DNA of 64,000 nt from Octopus sinensis. Lineage: Eukaryota. Every line of letters begins with the position of its first letter. Positions within the stretch are counted from its first letter, which is position 1. A program made the translations under genes and the position numbers. This document shows, piece by piece, positions 12,960 through 25,010 of this stretch. A model generated the notes under the pieces. The model searched no databases, had not been told where the DNA came from, and saw only the letters and a list, made by a program, of their open reading frames with translations. The DNA lies in contig NC_043001.1 of the NCBI RefSeq assembly GCF_006345805.1, positions 91,512,001 through 91,576,000 on the forward strand. Direction: 5' to 3'.

Positions 12960-13790
12960 ATACAGCACACTTTGTAATGCTCAGTAGGGTGCGACATGTC
13001 AAGTCAGTGTTTCTTCCAATTTGATTCCAATTATATTTTTAGGATTAAATATTATTAAGAATTGTATAAAAGAATTGTTAAAGTATTTTATGTGTTGTAG
13101 AATTATAACCAATTTATTGCAGAGCCTTATGGGCCTCCAAGAGCCATATGGATGCCGGTTGAGAACCCCTACGTTACACATTCGCTACTGTCCAGTTAAT
13201 TCTTCTATACGTCCAAAACGGAGGCGAGGAAAGTGAACTCGGTCGGGAGACGACGGTTACTATTCCTGTTGAGCGTGGTGGTTACTTGTAATGGTATTGT
13301 ATGGTGTGGTCGGTAAGAAGGAAGAATATAGATTTAGCTGTCTTCGAATCAGGTTTTTCTAAGTGGTTGATGTTATGTTAGAAATGCTTTGCTGCTAGTT
13401 TTAAGGTGTGTTGTGTGCGTGTGATCGTAATGTCATCAGCCTATCCAACTGCATGTATATTTTTAATGGTCGTACGAAGGCCATTTAAGTACAAGTTTAA
13501 AAACGTAGCAAAGAATAGAGATATTTCAGGCACTCCATTCTTCAAAATTGCAGCTTCTATTATGAGCTAATGTTGTATGCAATTCTCCTGAGAAGTAGTT
13601 TGCTAACTAACGTTTTATGTTGTTTCTTAAGCGGATGTTGAACATTTTGTACTGGAAGTTTGTTGAGTAGATTTGTGTGGGTATTCTTGTTGAAGCAGTG
13701 ATATATAACTTGTGTAAGACTTATGAATAACCTGGTGGTCAAGTGTAGTGATTTGAATACGTATTGTAATCCGTAAAGGCAAATGCTTGG
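12960..13790 (-). mobile_element. Highly decayed LINE reverse-transcriptase remnant (Jockey/I-like)
   Basis: Minus strand NGVPEISLFFATFLNLYL....*ADDITI (GVPQG and YADD regions); KR*LANYFSG upstream. Confidence 0.55.
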
Positions 13791-13793
13791 CAA

Positions 13794-14071
13794 GTGGAGT
13801 CGGAGGATCGTGGTTTCGATTCCCAGACCGAGCGTTGTGTGTGTTTATTGAGTGAAAACACCTAAAAGTTCCACGAGGCTCCGGCAGGGGATGATGGCGA
13901 CCCTTGTTGTACTCTTTCGCCCCAACTTTTACTCACTCTCTCTTCCTGTTTCTTGAGTAACGCTGCGATGGACTGACGTCCCGTCTAGCTGGGAGGAACA
14001 CATACGCCACAGAAAGCGGGAAACCGGGCCCATGATCCTGGCTAGGCTTGAAAAGGGCGAAGAAAAAAAAA
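13794..14071 (+). mobile_element. SINE family D, tail type 2, head truncated
   Basis: Family D body then gtaacgctgcgatggactg...aaaagggcg followed by an A-tail. Confidence 0.85.
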
Positions 14072-14074
14072 CCA

Positions 14075-14810
14075 AAATGCTTGGCAAGGGCACAAATAGA
14101 TGTGAAAGAGAGAAGACTGGTAAAACAGAAAGATTTCTTCAGAAACAAAACTAGGCTCGAAAAACTAGGCTCCAATTTCTGTCTTACAGAGAAATTTTCA
14201 CAATGCGAACGATGACGAAAACAAAAACATGAATATTCCATTTGGCGTCACCCATAATCCCAGAAATCACGATTTCTTACATTTAAATCCTACACCAATC
14301 AACAAATCTCACAAAAATAATTTTAAAAATCACAAATTATCATCAACCAAAGATAGCCACGAAAACTCAAAAGACTTTTATCAAAGAAGAAATTCACATT
14401 AGAAGAAATGATGCAAGTATCAAAATGCTGAGACCTTCGTTGTCTGACGTGTGAAATAACTGAACAGGGTAAAAAAAAACCCCAAAGAGATTCAAGAATA
14501 GAAATGAACTGAAGGTTAGTGCAAATATAAAATATAACACAAAAAATTTCATTTAATACGCTACATGCTCGCTGCGCAATTGGAATTATACTGGCCCAGT
14601 TTCAAAATTAATAGATCAGTATAGGGTACAAAAGCAACAATTCAAAGATTCATTTCTATGTAGTGAACATGTAGACATTTGTGCAAATGGAAAATTCAAA
14701 TTATTCATTTTTCTGAAAATGATCGAAGAAAATGATCTACTATGAAAGGCAAAAAATGAATGCTTTCTAAGAATCATAGATTCGAAACTAAACCATAAAT
14801 AGTTGACACT
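14075..14810 (+). mobile_element. Penelope-like element remnant (GIY-YIG endonuclease region)
   Basis: NIPFGVTHNPRN, DLRCLTCEI, NFI*YATCSLRNWNYTG (GIY..YIG), SEHVDICA; many lesions. Confidence 0.75.
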
Positions 14811-15021
14811 GGTACCAAAAACAACCTTCTCTAAACAGATTATTCCATAACACGTGTGTTTGAAAAACTGTGAACAGTGAAAGCGCTTACATATTACGAA
14901 CGCTTCTTTCCAAAAGACTTGTGTCATTCTGTTAAAAAAATATTTTTGAATACATAACAATTTCTGATATCGGAAAATCTTTTTCAAATATTGTAACTAT
15001 ATCAAGAATTCTTACAAAACT

Positions 15022-15089
<68 letters not shown>

Positions 15090-15494
15090 ATGTGTGTGCG
15101 TGTACGTGTGTGTCTGCGTGTGTCTGCGTGTGTATATGTATGTATGTATGTATATATGTTTATACATATGTATGTATATATATATATATATATATAAAGT
15201 GGGTTGAATAGAGTGAAGTTCAAATCCTAAAGATAGCATTAGCTATCACGTACACCTCGTAACTTTTGTACTTTGGAAAGGGGAAAGTTTCCAGACTGGA
15301 TTGTAAAGGCGATCATTAAGTGCACTCATAGAGAGACGCTAAGGTATATAGGTCACTGATAAGATCATGATAAAGCCCAAACATGCCTGGATTTGTATTC
15401 CATGGCAGCAAAAATTAAACAAAATCGCAAGGCAAATTGTCTGATATTCAATCGATCCTATCAAATGACCACTTTGATTAAAATAATTCTAGTC

Positions 15495-15768
15495 ATACAG
15501 TTCTATATTTAAGAGATGAGGTATTATGTACATTATTTACATTCGACGGATATTTGTCCTCATCTTATTTGTTGTTAACACAACGTTTCGGCTGATATAC
15601 CCTCCAGCCTTCTTGAAGTGTCTCGGGGAAATTTCGAACCTGGGTTTTCATTCCTAAGGTATTTTTCGATGTTGTTGTTGTTGTTGTTGTTATTGTTCAG
15701 GTCACTGCTTGGAATCGAACTTGGAATCTTGGGGTTAGTAGCCCGCGCTCTAAACCACTACGTCATAT
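15495..15768 (-). mobile_element. tRNA-headed SINE-like element with a hammerhead-type 3' region
   Basis: Minus strand: A box TGACGTAGTGG, anticodon-like arm gggCTACTAAccc, B box GTTCGATTCC, (AAC)n, then hammerhead region with core decayed to TTCAAGA. Confidence 0.7.
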
Positions 15769-15769
15769 G

Positions 15770-15968
15770 AGTTCAATTCCAAGCAGTGATCTGAACAATA
15801 ACAACAACAACAATGATAATAATAATATCGAAAAATACCTTAGGAATGAGAACCCAGGTTCGAAATTTCCCCAAGACACCTGATGAAGGCTGGAGGGTAT
15901 ATCAGCCGAAACGTTGTATTAACAATAAACAAGATGAGGACAAATATCTGTCAAATGTAAATGATGTA
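15770..15968 (+). mobile_element. Inverted second copy of the same element, starting within the B box
   Basis: Reverse complement of 15529-15721; forms ~195-bp arms around a 48-nt loop. Confidence 0.9.
15875..15920 (+). ncRNA. Minimal type I hammerhead ribozyme
   Basis: Stem I GACAC/GTATT (GTGTT in the mirror copy); CTGATGA(15880-15886)+A; stem II GGCTG/CAGCC; GAAA(15908-15911); palindromic AACGTT stem III; GUU triplet. Confidence 0.65.
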
Positions 15969-16431
15969 ATTTTAGTCATGACCTAATTTTTTTTCCTAAT
16001 CGCTTAATTACTTCGAATTAGATTATTTTAACCATGAAGTATTTCAATGAACTTTTCTTGGCAAACAGTTTAATTTTCTAATTTTTATTATTTATTGAAT
16101 CAAAAAGAAGAGGCAGTGCCCATGACTTTGCAAACCTTCCAAGACTGATGAAGTTGATGTCGATAATATTCTGCTTAAACTGTTGCAGATCAACACCTGC
16201 AGGAAAGATATGAACAGGGAGGAAGATCCAGAGGTCGATGTTTGGTGGATGTACGATTGGGCATTGTGGTTAGTGCGGGTTTAAAGTGGATTAGGCGCAA
16301 CCAGGGTGACGAAAGGTGGAAAAGACGAATTGATCGGGGTGTGCCTGAGTGGTGGAAGTATAAGCCTTATTAGCTCCAGAGGGAAGACGTCATTATAGTA
16401 AAGACAGGAAAGACAGAGAGGAGACAACATG

Positions 16432-16600
16432 CGTAGAAGTGGCTGTGTGGTAAGTAGCTTGCTTACCAACCACATGGTCCCGGGTTCAGTCTCACTGCGT
16501 GGCACCTTGGGCAAGTGTCTTCTACTATAGCCTCGGGTCGACCAAAGCCTTGTGAGTGGATTTGGTAGAGGGAAACTGAAAGAAGCCCGTCGTATATATG

Positions 16601-16682
<82 letters not shown>

Positions 16683-16915
16683 GTGTGTGTGTGTGCGTGT
16701 GTATGTGTGTGTATCTTTTGTGTGCTTTGTTTGATCCCCAACATCGCTTGACAACCGACGCTGGTGTGTTTACGTCCCCGTAACTTAGCGGTTCGGTAAA
16801 AGAGACCGATAGAATAAGTACTAGGCTTACAAAGAATGAGTCCTGCGGTCGATTTGCTCGACTAAAGGCGGTGCTCCAGCATGGCCACAGTCACATGACT
16901 GAAACAAGTAAAAGA
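16432..16915 (+). mobile_element. SINE family A, full length
   Basis: Family A head, core and tail with internal (TG)n. Confidence 0.9.
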
Positions 16916-16919
16916 ATAT

Positions 16920-18050
16920 ACTTGCAGACCAGAAGCTGGAGTATGTCCCTCAGAGGTGGCATGCTAATTATCGAATTGCTCTACCTTGGCCGCAGTCCTG
17001 AGTATCAATATGCATGGTAGCAGCACCGTCCTAGATGTGCGAGTTGTACATCACTGGGTATTTTACTTGGGTCTTGTAGAATGCATGTTAGAGACTGAAA
17101 TATCTTCTGGCCCAAAGAGAAGGGATTGTCTTTGGAATGCAGTCCTTGCTATACTAAGGATGTGTTCTCGCCCAGGAGTGATCCTCAGAGACAATGGAAA
17201 ACGACATTTGAAATTCTAGCGGTGTGCTATACACCATATATATATATTATACATCTATTACAATGAATATTTAATGTATATAAGGCGCCGAGCTGGCAGA
17301 AACGTTAGCACGCCGGATGAGATGCTTAGCGGTATTTCGTATGCCGCTACGTTCTGAGTTCAAATTCCGCCGAGGTCGACTTTGCCATTCATCCTTTCGG
17401 GGTCGATTAAATAAGTACCAGTTACACACTGGGGTCGATATAATCGACTTAATCCGTTTGTCTGTACTTGTTTGTCCTCTCTGTGTTTAGCCCCTTGTGG
17501 GTAGTAAAGAAATAGGTATTTCGTATGCCATTACGTTCTGAGTTCAAATTCCGCCGAGGTCAACTTTGCCTTTCATCCTTTTGGGGTCGATAAGTTAAGT
17601 ACCAGTTGCGTACTGGAGTCGATCTAATCGACTGTCCCCCTCCCAAAACATTTTAGGCCTTGTACCTTGAGTAGAAAAGAATATTTAATGTACGACGTAT
17701 ATTGTAGAGTAAGTGGAAATCTTACAGTGCAGGGGTTCTCTTGTGTTGTCAAGCAGGCCTATGATAAAAAGTATTCCATATATATTCATACTATCCAGTA
17801 TAACAGCGTCCATTAGTCTTTCAGCTGCTATTTCTACAAAGTTCCCTGAACAGCATACAGTTCTCCTTGTTAGCATGTGTAAATGTTGTTGACGTTAGCC
17901 TCATGTCTGCCTCGAAAGGGTAGATCTATAAAAATAGTCTTATGCAATTCAACCATGTTCATCGCGTCCTTTCTTTTTCCCAATATTTGTTATGTCGAAC
18001 TACATTGTCCAGCATTTTCCTTATTCTTAAAACGGTGGGATGTTATCAGA
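16920..18050 (-). mobile_element. Very decayed RTE-like LINE remnant, split by a family B dimer
   Basis: Minus strand ILSIARTAFQRQSLLF..ISVS..VLL..AAKVEQFD resembles the RTE region after the RT core. Confidence 0.45.
17279..17678 (+). mobile_element. SINE family B dimer with a single 14-bp TSD
   Basis: Monomer + headless second unit joined at aaagaaatag|gtatttcg (17515); TSD gaatatttaatgta at 17265-17278 and 17679-17692. Confidence 0.9.
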
Positions 18051-18417
18051 AGAATTTCTAAAAAGTTGAACAACCATGTAAAATATTTGCTTAGTCAGTA
18101 CAGCAGTGCTTCTATAATGGTGGTGGTGGTAGTGGTGGTGATAAACTCGTGAAATTAGGAAACTCGTTACTTTCCCATGAGTTTTAAATCATTTTTGGTG
18201 ACTCATAATGGACTCTGTTTTTGGAAAAACCCTATGGAATTTTTCTTCAACGCCGTACGCTTTATTTAATGAATAAAAACAATGCTGAAATACGACAAAG
18301 TAGGTACGCGTATTTTGTTTGAACTTAAAAATAGCTGCAGTGAAATTGTGTCAGTGAAATGCAGATCTCAGATGTGTAACGAGAACTCGGGCACTCAAGC
18401 AAAGAAACTAAAAGTGA

Positions 18418-18590
18418 ACAGGTATGGCTGTATGGTTAAGAAGCTCGCTTTCCAACCACATGGTTTTCAGTTCGATCCCACAGCATAGCACTTTGGGCAA
18501 GTGCCTTCTACTATATCCTCAGATCCACTGACAACTTGTGAATGAATTTGGTATACGGAAACAGTGGAAACCCGTCGAGTAAATTTATAT
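18418..18590 (+). mobile_element. SINE family A, 5' half
   Basis: Degenerate head and core. Confidence 0.75.
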
Positions 18591-18601
18591 ATATATGTTT
18601 A

Positions 18602-18673
<72 letters not shown>

Positions 18674-18788
18674 CATACATGCATGCATGCATACATACAT
18701 ACATACATACATACATACATACATACATACATACATACATACATACATACATACATACATACATACATACGCACACATATATATGTAA

Positions 18789-19156
18789 TGGAAGCGCAAT
18801 GGCCCAGTGATTACGGCAGCGGTCGTAGGGCCGCGGTTTTGATTTCCAGACCGGGTGTTGTGGGTGTTTATTGAGCAAAAACACCTAAATCTCCTCGAGG
18901 CTCCGGCAGGGGTAGTGGTGCATCCTGCTGTAGTCTTTCACACAACTGTCTCTCATTTTTCTTCCTGTTTCTGTTGTACCTGTATTTCAAAGGGCCAGCC
19001 TTGTCACACTCAGTGTCATGCTGAATCTCCGAGAACTACGTTAAGGGTACACGTGTCTGTGGAGTGCTCAGCCACTTGCACGTTGATTTCACGAGCAGGC
19101 TGTCCCGTTGATCGGATTAACTGGAACCCTCATCGTCGTAACCGATGGAGTGGCAC
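18789..19156 (+). mobile_element. SINE family D, tail type 3
   Basis: Family D head and body then gttgtacctgtatttcaaagggcc...gtaaccgatggagtg. Confidence 0.85.
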
Positions 19157-19354
19157 GTTATATGTAATCAAAGCTAGTGACTTGCTTTTGCACGAAGATC
19201 TGGGTCCTTCTGGCTGGCGAGACATATGTTGAAACTTGAAAAACCGGTGCTTCATTGAGCCAACTGTGTTATGAATACAATCATAGTAAAAGGGAGTTGT
19301 TTAACTGTGATGAACAGAACAACGACTAGTGTATTTGTGCATGGATCTGACGGA

Positions 19355-19580
19355 ACATATTGGTTTCAAATTTTGGCACAAAGCCAGCAATTTGGGGAAG
19401 TAAAAGGGGTTACGTGGATTACATCGACCCCAGTGCTCAACTGGTACTTATTTTATCGACTCCGAGACGATGAAGGGCACAATCGACCTCTGTGGAAATT
19501 AAACTCAGAATGTAAAGACGGATGAAATGCCGCTGAGTATTTTCCGGCGTGCTAACAGTTCTGTCAGACCACCGCTTTAA
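19355..19580 (-). mobile_element. SINE family B, alternative tail
   Basis: Family B head and core with tttcaaattttggcacaaagccagc end. Confidence 0.75.
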
Positions 19581-19607
19581 TCTGCTGAACTATATTAAGA
19601 ATAAATA

Positions 19608-19828
19608 TACGATGGAGGCACTGAAAATTCCTGGCTTTGGGCAAAAGAAAATACAGGCGGATCAGTTAATTATGATTTTATTCAATATATTCCTCTTTCA
19701 GATTCACACACTTATTGCAGTGGTCCTTCAGTTTTTCTAAGCTCTGTAAAAGAACTCGGAAAGTTGGGCCTCTAATCAGGCCTTGCGTGACACCCTTAAA
19801 GCCAGGAACTTTTCAGCACTTTCTCGTA
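19608..19828. mobile_element. Mariner-derived MITE (221 bp)
   Basis: TIRs tacgatggaggcactgaaaattcctggcttt / aaagccaggaacttttcagcactttctcgta, TA at both ends; minus strand keeps the transposase tail EKLKDHCNKCVNLKEEYIE*. Confidence 0.8.
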
Positions 19829-19894
19829 CAATTCATCGTTTCAGACCTTACTGTACACAATGCAAATAACAATATGGGTGTGTGTGTATGTATG

Positions 19895-20115
19895 TGTGTT
19901 TGTGCGCGTGCGTGTATGTGTGTTTCTCTTTGTTCCCTCCTATCGCTTGAGCCCTGGTGTCAGTTTGTTTACGTCTTCATAACTTAGCGGTTTTGCAATA
20001 CAATAAATACCAGACATTATAAACAAAATTGCTGGGTCTATTTATGCGAATAAACCCTCTCTAAGACAGTGCCCCATCCTAGCTGCTGTCCTATGCCTGA
20101 AACTAGTATAAGAAA
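19895..20115 (+). mobile_element. SINE family A, degenerate 3' half
   Basis: gtttacgtcttcataacttagcggttttgc...cctgaaactagtataag. Confidence 0.5.
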
Positions 20116-20294
20116 ATGATATATATTTTATACAAGATCACAGACATCGCCTGTTCTTAAATGCCTACATTGGCTCTCCCAAGAGAAAGCTGCTTCTGTT
20201 TCAACGCACATTCTCTGATCAAGGCACTTATACAGAAATACAACACCAAAATAACACATTTTCGTTTCGCGAACGTTATTGCATAGGTTGTAGT

Positions 20295-20405
20295 CTCCGC
20301 CTCGTGTCGTCGCCGCAGCCGCCGCCGTCTTCGTCTTCGTCGTCGTCGTCGTCGTCGTCGTCTTCGTCGTCGTCGTCGTCGTCGCCATAGCTGTCGCTGT
20401 CGTTG
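20295..20405. repeat. CpG-rich (GTC)n/(GCC)n trinucleotide array
   Basis: Direct reading. Confidence 0.9.
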
Positions 20406-20746
20406 TTGAACTTAGTTTTTCTTCTTTTTTGTTTCTCCTCTATTTCCTTTTTATCTTTTTTATCTCATGTCCCCTCCACCATCATACTTCGTGACATATC
20501 TTACATACATACATGCATACATACATACATACATACGTACGTACGTACATACCTCTACATACATACAATACATACATACAATACATACATACATATACCA
20601 AACATACACACACACACACACACACACCACACACACACACAACACACACCACACACACACCACACATATATATATAATATATATATATATATATAGAGAG
20701 AGAAGAGAGAGAGATGAGCAAGTTCCATTATTTCTTCAGTCGTAAC

Positions 20747-20787
20747 TTGTCTGAAGACATTTGTGCCTCCGCAGGTGAAACTCAGAG
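20747..20787 (+). ncRNA. Degenerate hammerhead-like motif
   Basis: CTGAAGA(20751) C ATTTG/CAGGT GAAAC TC AGAG; stem III lacks a G and stem I has a mismatch. Confidence 0.35.
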
Positions 20788-21067
20788 CAACAAAAGACCA
20801 AGACGACTATTGAAAAACAAAAATTATTATTCTCCACTATGGTGCTGAGAGCTCTTCTTTCGACAGCCAACACTTAACGGATATATATATATATATATTA
20901 TATATATATATATATATATAATATAATATTCATTCGAGAAAAAACCACTATTTTGCAATCAAACAAGGAAAGACTTAATCAATACATAAAAAATTTTATA
21001 TAAAGTAAATAAATCCTAAATCTGATTTTTTCCCGTAATTTTGGATTTATTCCCTAATATTTATTAT

Positions 21068-21108
<41 letters not shown>

Positions 21109-21152
21109 TGGTACATAAATATGTATATATAAATGTTCATGTGTGTGTGTGT

Positions 21153-22010
21153 CTTTTCGTTCTCTCTTTTTAATTTTAGAATAAATTCTGACACTTGGTA
21201 GCAAGGTTGTTCATCATCCTTTAAATCTTTCGAAGGTCGCGCAGATTTTCTTATATATATATATATATATTATATATATACTAATTCTTATATATCTTTT
21301 TATATATATTTCTTAAATATCTCATATATATATTTCTTATATAGATATATATATTATATATATATATATTCTATATATATAATATATATATCGGAGCGCT
21401 TTTGCAGTGAGTGAATTAAAGATTTGAACCCAATTTCAAACATACTTTGCTCCAAAAGGGATGGTATGTATCCTGTTGTTCAAATAATAATAGGTATGAA
21501 GCTGAAAGTATGAAGCTGGGTACGGGATTTTGAAAACTCCTTTACAATGGCCTATAGAAGTCCTCTCTCTCTCTCTCTCTCTCTCTTGCATGTTTGTAAC
21601 CACATTCATGTCCAGAGAGCAGCTGATTTCCGCAACAGAACATTCTTTGGACCCATCGGCCTCGATACAATCAACTTTGTAGGTGCTTTCTTTTTTATTA
21701 TCTAGTTCCATACTGTTCTGTCCACCGGCATCATACTCATGGGAAAATGATATATAGAAGACATTCTTTCGCAGTTGGTAATAATTTGGTTAATGTCTTC
21801 AGCCTTGGTCTTGCGCAGTGTACGTTTGTTTTTCATCGATTTTTTTTCTGCCTTTTATGCTGTAAGTACTTGGTGAAGATCCCGTTCTTGAATTACAAGA
21901 AGGTTGCCTTTGAAGTGGGATGTCATAATCTTGTCAGTACTCCACATCAAGCTTTTGACATGATCAGTTCCTTTAATGGTTCGTGTTTTTCGTGCTAAGT
22001 ACACATGTAC
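21153..22010 (-). mobile_element. Second RLE-type (R4/Dong-like) non-LTR family, 3' remnant, copy A
   Basis: Minus strand EDINQIITNCERMSS (knuckle region), FSFIPII, KICATFERFKG*; homologous to 50918-51265. Confidence 0.75.
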
Positions 22011-22039
22011 TATTTTCTCAGTGGACTAATCCATTCTAT

Positions 22040-22338
22040 TACTCTTTTATTTGTTTCAGTCATTTGACTGCGGCCATGCTGGAGCACCGCCTTTAGTCGA
22101 GCAAATCGACCCCGGGACTTATTCTTTGTAAGCCTAGTACTTATTCTATCGGTCTCTCTTGCCGAACCGCTAAGTGACGGGGACGTAAACACACCAGCAT
22201 CGGTTGTCAAGCGATGTTGGGGGGACAAACACAGACACACAAACATATACACACACATACATATATACACATATATATATACGTATATACGACAGGCTTC
22301 TTCCAGTTTCCGTCTACCAAATCCACTCACAAGGCTTT
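22040..22338 (-). mobile_element. SINE family A, head lost
   Basis: Tail and most of the core; ends in (TATG)n. Confidence 0.9.
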
Positions 22339-23202
22339 GTATGTATGTATGTATGTATGTATGTATGTATGTATGTATGTATGTATGTATGTATGTATGC
22401 AAGCATGCATATGTATATATATATATATTTCGTTGACGAAAAGCAATGGCGATCCAATATTCCTGTTCGAATCTACCAAAAAACATTAAGAATGAGTAGA
22501 TATGTTAATTCTTTTTAATCTTGCTGCTTTTCACGAGCCCCATAAATTATTTTCTGTCTGTCAGACACCAATACAATCAGCAGATTATTTGTTTGCTGAT
22601 TCCAATAATAAAGAGCTCATAAGGTGATTAGATTCATCAGACCAGTGAGGTGGCTCTCACTGAGAAGACACCCAAACAAGGTCGAAACACCGCAGTGTTT
22701 CGAAGTGACATTACTCCGATGTATCGGGTTTGTTTTGAACAAACATCGTCTAAAGGAAAGAGGTGTTTTCTGATGACGGAAAACAACTATGATCAGATAT
22801 TCACGCTCGAATCTATCAGAGTATTTTCAGAAAAAAATAGAAGTGCTGGTGCTTGAAGTAATTATTTTAAGCTTGGGTATACACTTGGTAGTATGCCGTT
22901 TAAAGGACATCTTCGGCTACATGATGTCACCAACAGTATGGATATAAGTGCCATTGGATAAACTTCAGCAATTCCTTTCTCGCACTCATTTGTGATACAC
23001 ACACACACACATACAGTATATGCATGAATAGTTTCTGTTGATATATGTATATATATATGTATATCTGTTGATATATATATATATACATTTGGAAATCTGA
23101 AAGTAACGGTAGCGTATATTCAAAAGAACTTTAATACGAGAATATGGAATGAACAGGCTTTATTACACATACAAATTATAAGTATGTATTTATACAAACA
23201 CA

Positions 23203-23258
<56 letters not shown>

Positions 23259-23284
23259 ACACACATATACACATACATATATAT

Positions 23285-23456
23285 AGGCGTAGGAGTGGAT
23301 GTATGGTAAGTAGCTTGCTTAACAACCACATGGTTCCAGGTTCAGTCCCACTGCGTGGCACCTTGGGCAAGTGTCTTCTACTATAGCCTCGGGCCGACCA
23401 AATCCTTGTAAGTGGATTTGGTAGACGGAAACTGAAAGAAGCCCGTCGTAAATATG

Positions 23457-23488
<32 letters not shown>

Positions 23489-23702
23489 CATGTGTTTGTG
23501 TGTCTGTTTTTGTCCCCCAACATCGTTTGACAACCGATGCTGGTGTGTTTATATTCCCGTAACTTAGCCGTTCGCAAAAGAGAACGATAGACTAAGTACC
23601 TGGTTTACAAAGAATATGTCCTGGGGTCGATTTGCGCGACTAAAGGCTGTGCTCCAGCATGGGCACAGTCAAATGACTGAAACAAGTAAAAGAGTAAAAG
23701 AA
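23285..23702 (+). mobile_element. SINE family A, full length
   Basis: Family A head, core and tail. Confidence 0.9.
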
Positions 23703-24389
23703 TATATATGTATATATGTATATATATATACATATATACATACACACACATAGGTATGTATATGTGTATATATATATATTATATATATATATATATACAT
23801 ACACATATATATATATATACATATACGTACACATATGCACATAGATGTATACACACGCAGACAATTTAACAACTGATGACACAATTTGATTTTTTTCAAT
23901 CCATTAGAAGCAATGAAACGAGCCAGTCTAAGTGCTTAACAAAGGAAATTTACACCGAAGTGTTACGGGAAATTTGAAAACACAGTCGAAATGCAAAAAC
24001 AGTTTAGTAAGGAGTTTCAAACAGATCCAATTACGTCACTTGCGATCACTTGAATTAGTTTTAATGCAATCATCAGTGTTTAGAATGTCCACAAGTAACG
24101 TTCTAGAAGGCCACGGACCTCGCCGACCTCCACAAAATAAGATTAGGTAGCAGAAACGTTTTGTTAGAGTGAAAAAAAATCTTTGCAGCAAGTGTGTCGT
24201 GACAGAAATTTCAAAATGAAGAGTTCATTACATTTTGGGGCGTTGTCATTCGAAAACTTTCACTCCAAGAATAATGTATGTTCTCTAATGATGCTGATCC
24301 AGATCGAAGAGTGGATTTTTGTGAGTAGTATTTGGCATGTAAAAGGGAATGCGTTCCAATAAAGATTGTTTGGAGTGATGAGGCTACAT

Positions 24390-24610
24390 CTAAATTGGTT
24401 TCAAATTTTGGCTCCGAGCCAACAATTTCGGGGGAAGACTAAGTCGATGACAGCGATCCCAGTGCTCAACGTGCACTTGTTTAATCGACCCCGAAGAGAT
24501 GAAAGGCAACGCCATCCCCGGCGGAATTTGAGCTCAGAATGTAGAGACGGACGAAATCCTGCTAAGCATTTTGCTCGGCGTATTAACGATTCTGCCAGCT
24601 CGCCACCTTA
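24390..24610 (-). mobile_element. SINE family B inserted at the transposase SDEA motif
   Basis: 9-bp TSD aggct(a/g)cat at 24381-24389 and 24611-24619. Confidence 0.85.
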
Positions 24611-24720
24611 AGGCTGCATTTAACTTAAATGGTTCAATTAACCGCCACAACTGCACCTATTCGAAACCTGAGAATCCACACATTATGGAGTACCATGTTA
24701 ACTTATCTGGAGTTACAATA

Positions 24721-25010
24721 TATGCTTCTTGCTTGCTTCATGCTCTTGCTTGGTGGTGCTGTGTCATCTAAGATTTGTGGTCCCAGAGACGTGATCATGC
24801 GTAAAGCCGACCAGATCCATCAGTGCTCTCTATCGCTGGCTGTCCCGTACCAGCCCTTCTGCATCCTCCAAGGTGACGCCAAGCCCCTGGAGATCTTCCT
24901 AAATAACGGGGCCTGCCACAAAGCCTCTTCCAGTCCGCAGTTACTGCGTCGAATGAGAGCAAAATCCTAGTTGGATGATCTGGCAGAAGACGGAGGACAG
25001 TACGGTGTAA
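24721..25010 (-). mobile_element. 5'-truncated RTE LINE 3' end nested in the mariner
   Basis: Minus strand VLRLLPDHPTRILL..WKRLCGRPR..EDLQGLGVTLEDAE..RALMDLVG and a CAAG-type tail; GC-rich relative to flanks. Confidence 0.75.

Noticed and set aside
19690-19860. Apparent splice acceptor (ttcctctttcag) and open frame, ORF 19715-19987
   Set aside because: Lies inside the mariner MITE 19608-19828.
22655-22697. Hammerhead-like CTGAGAA GAC..GTC GAAAC
   Set aside because: G8 is mutated, no NUH triplet, and stem I does not pair; at most a dead relic.
24629-24970. ORF resembling a Cys-containing secreted peptide ([21 protein letters not shown]...)
   Set aside because: It is the antisense frame of the RTE 3' fragment; the hydrophobic leader comes from the element's CAAG-type tail.
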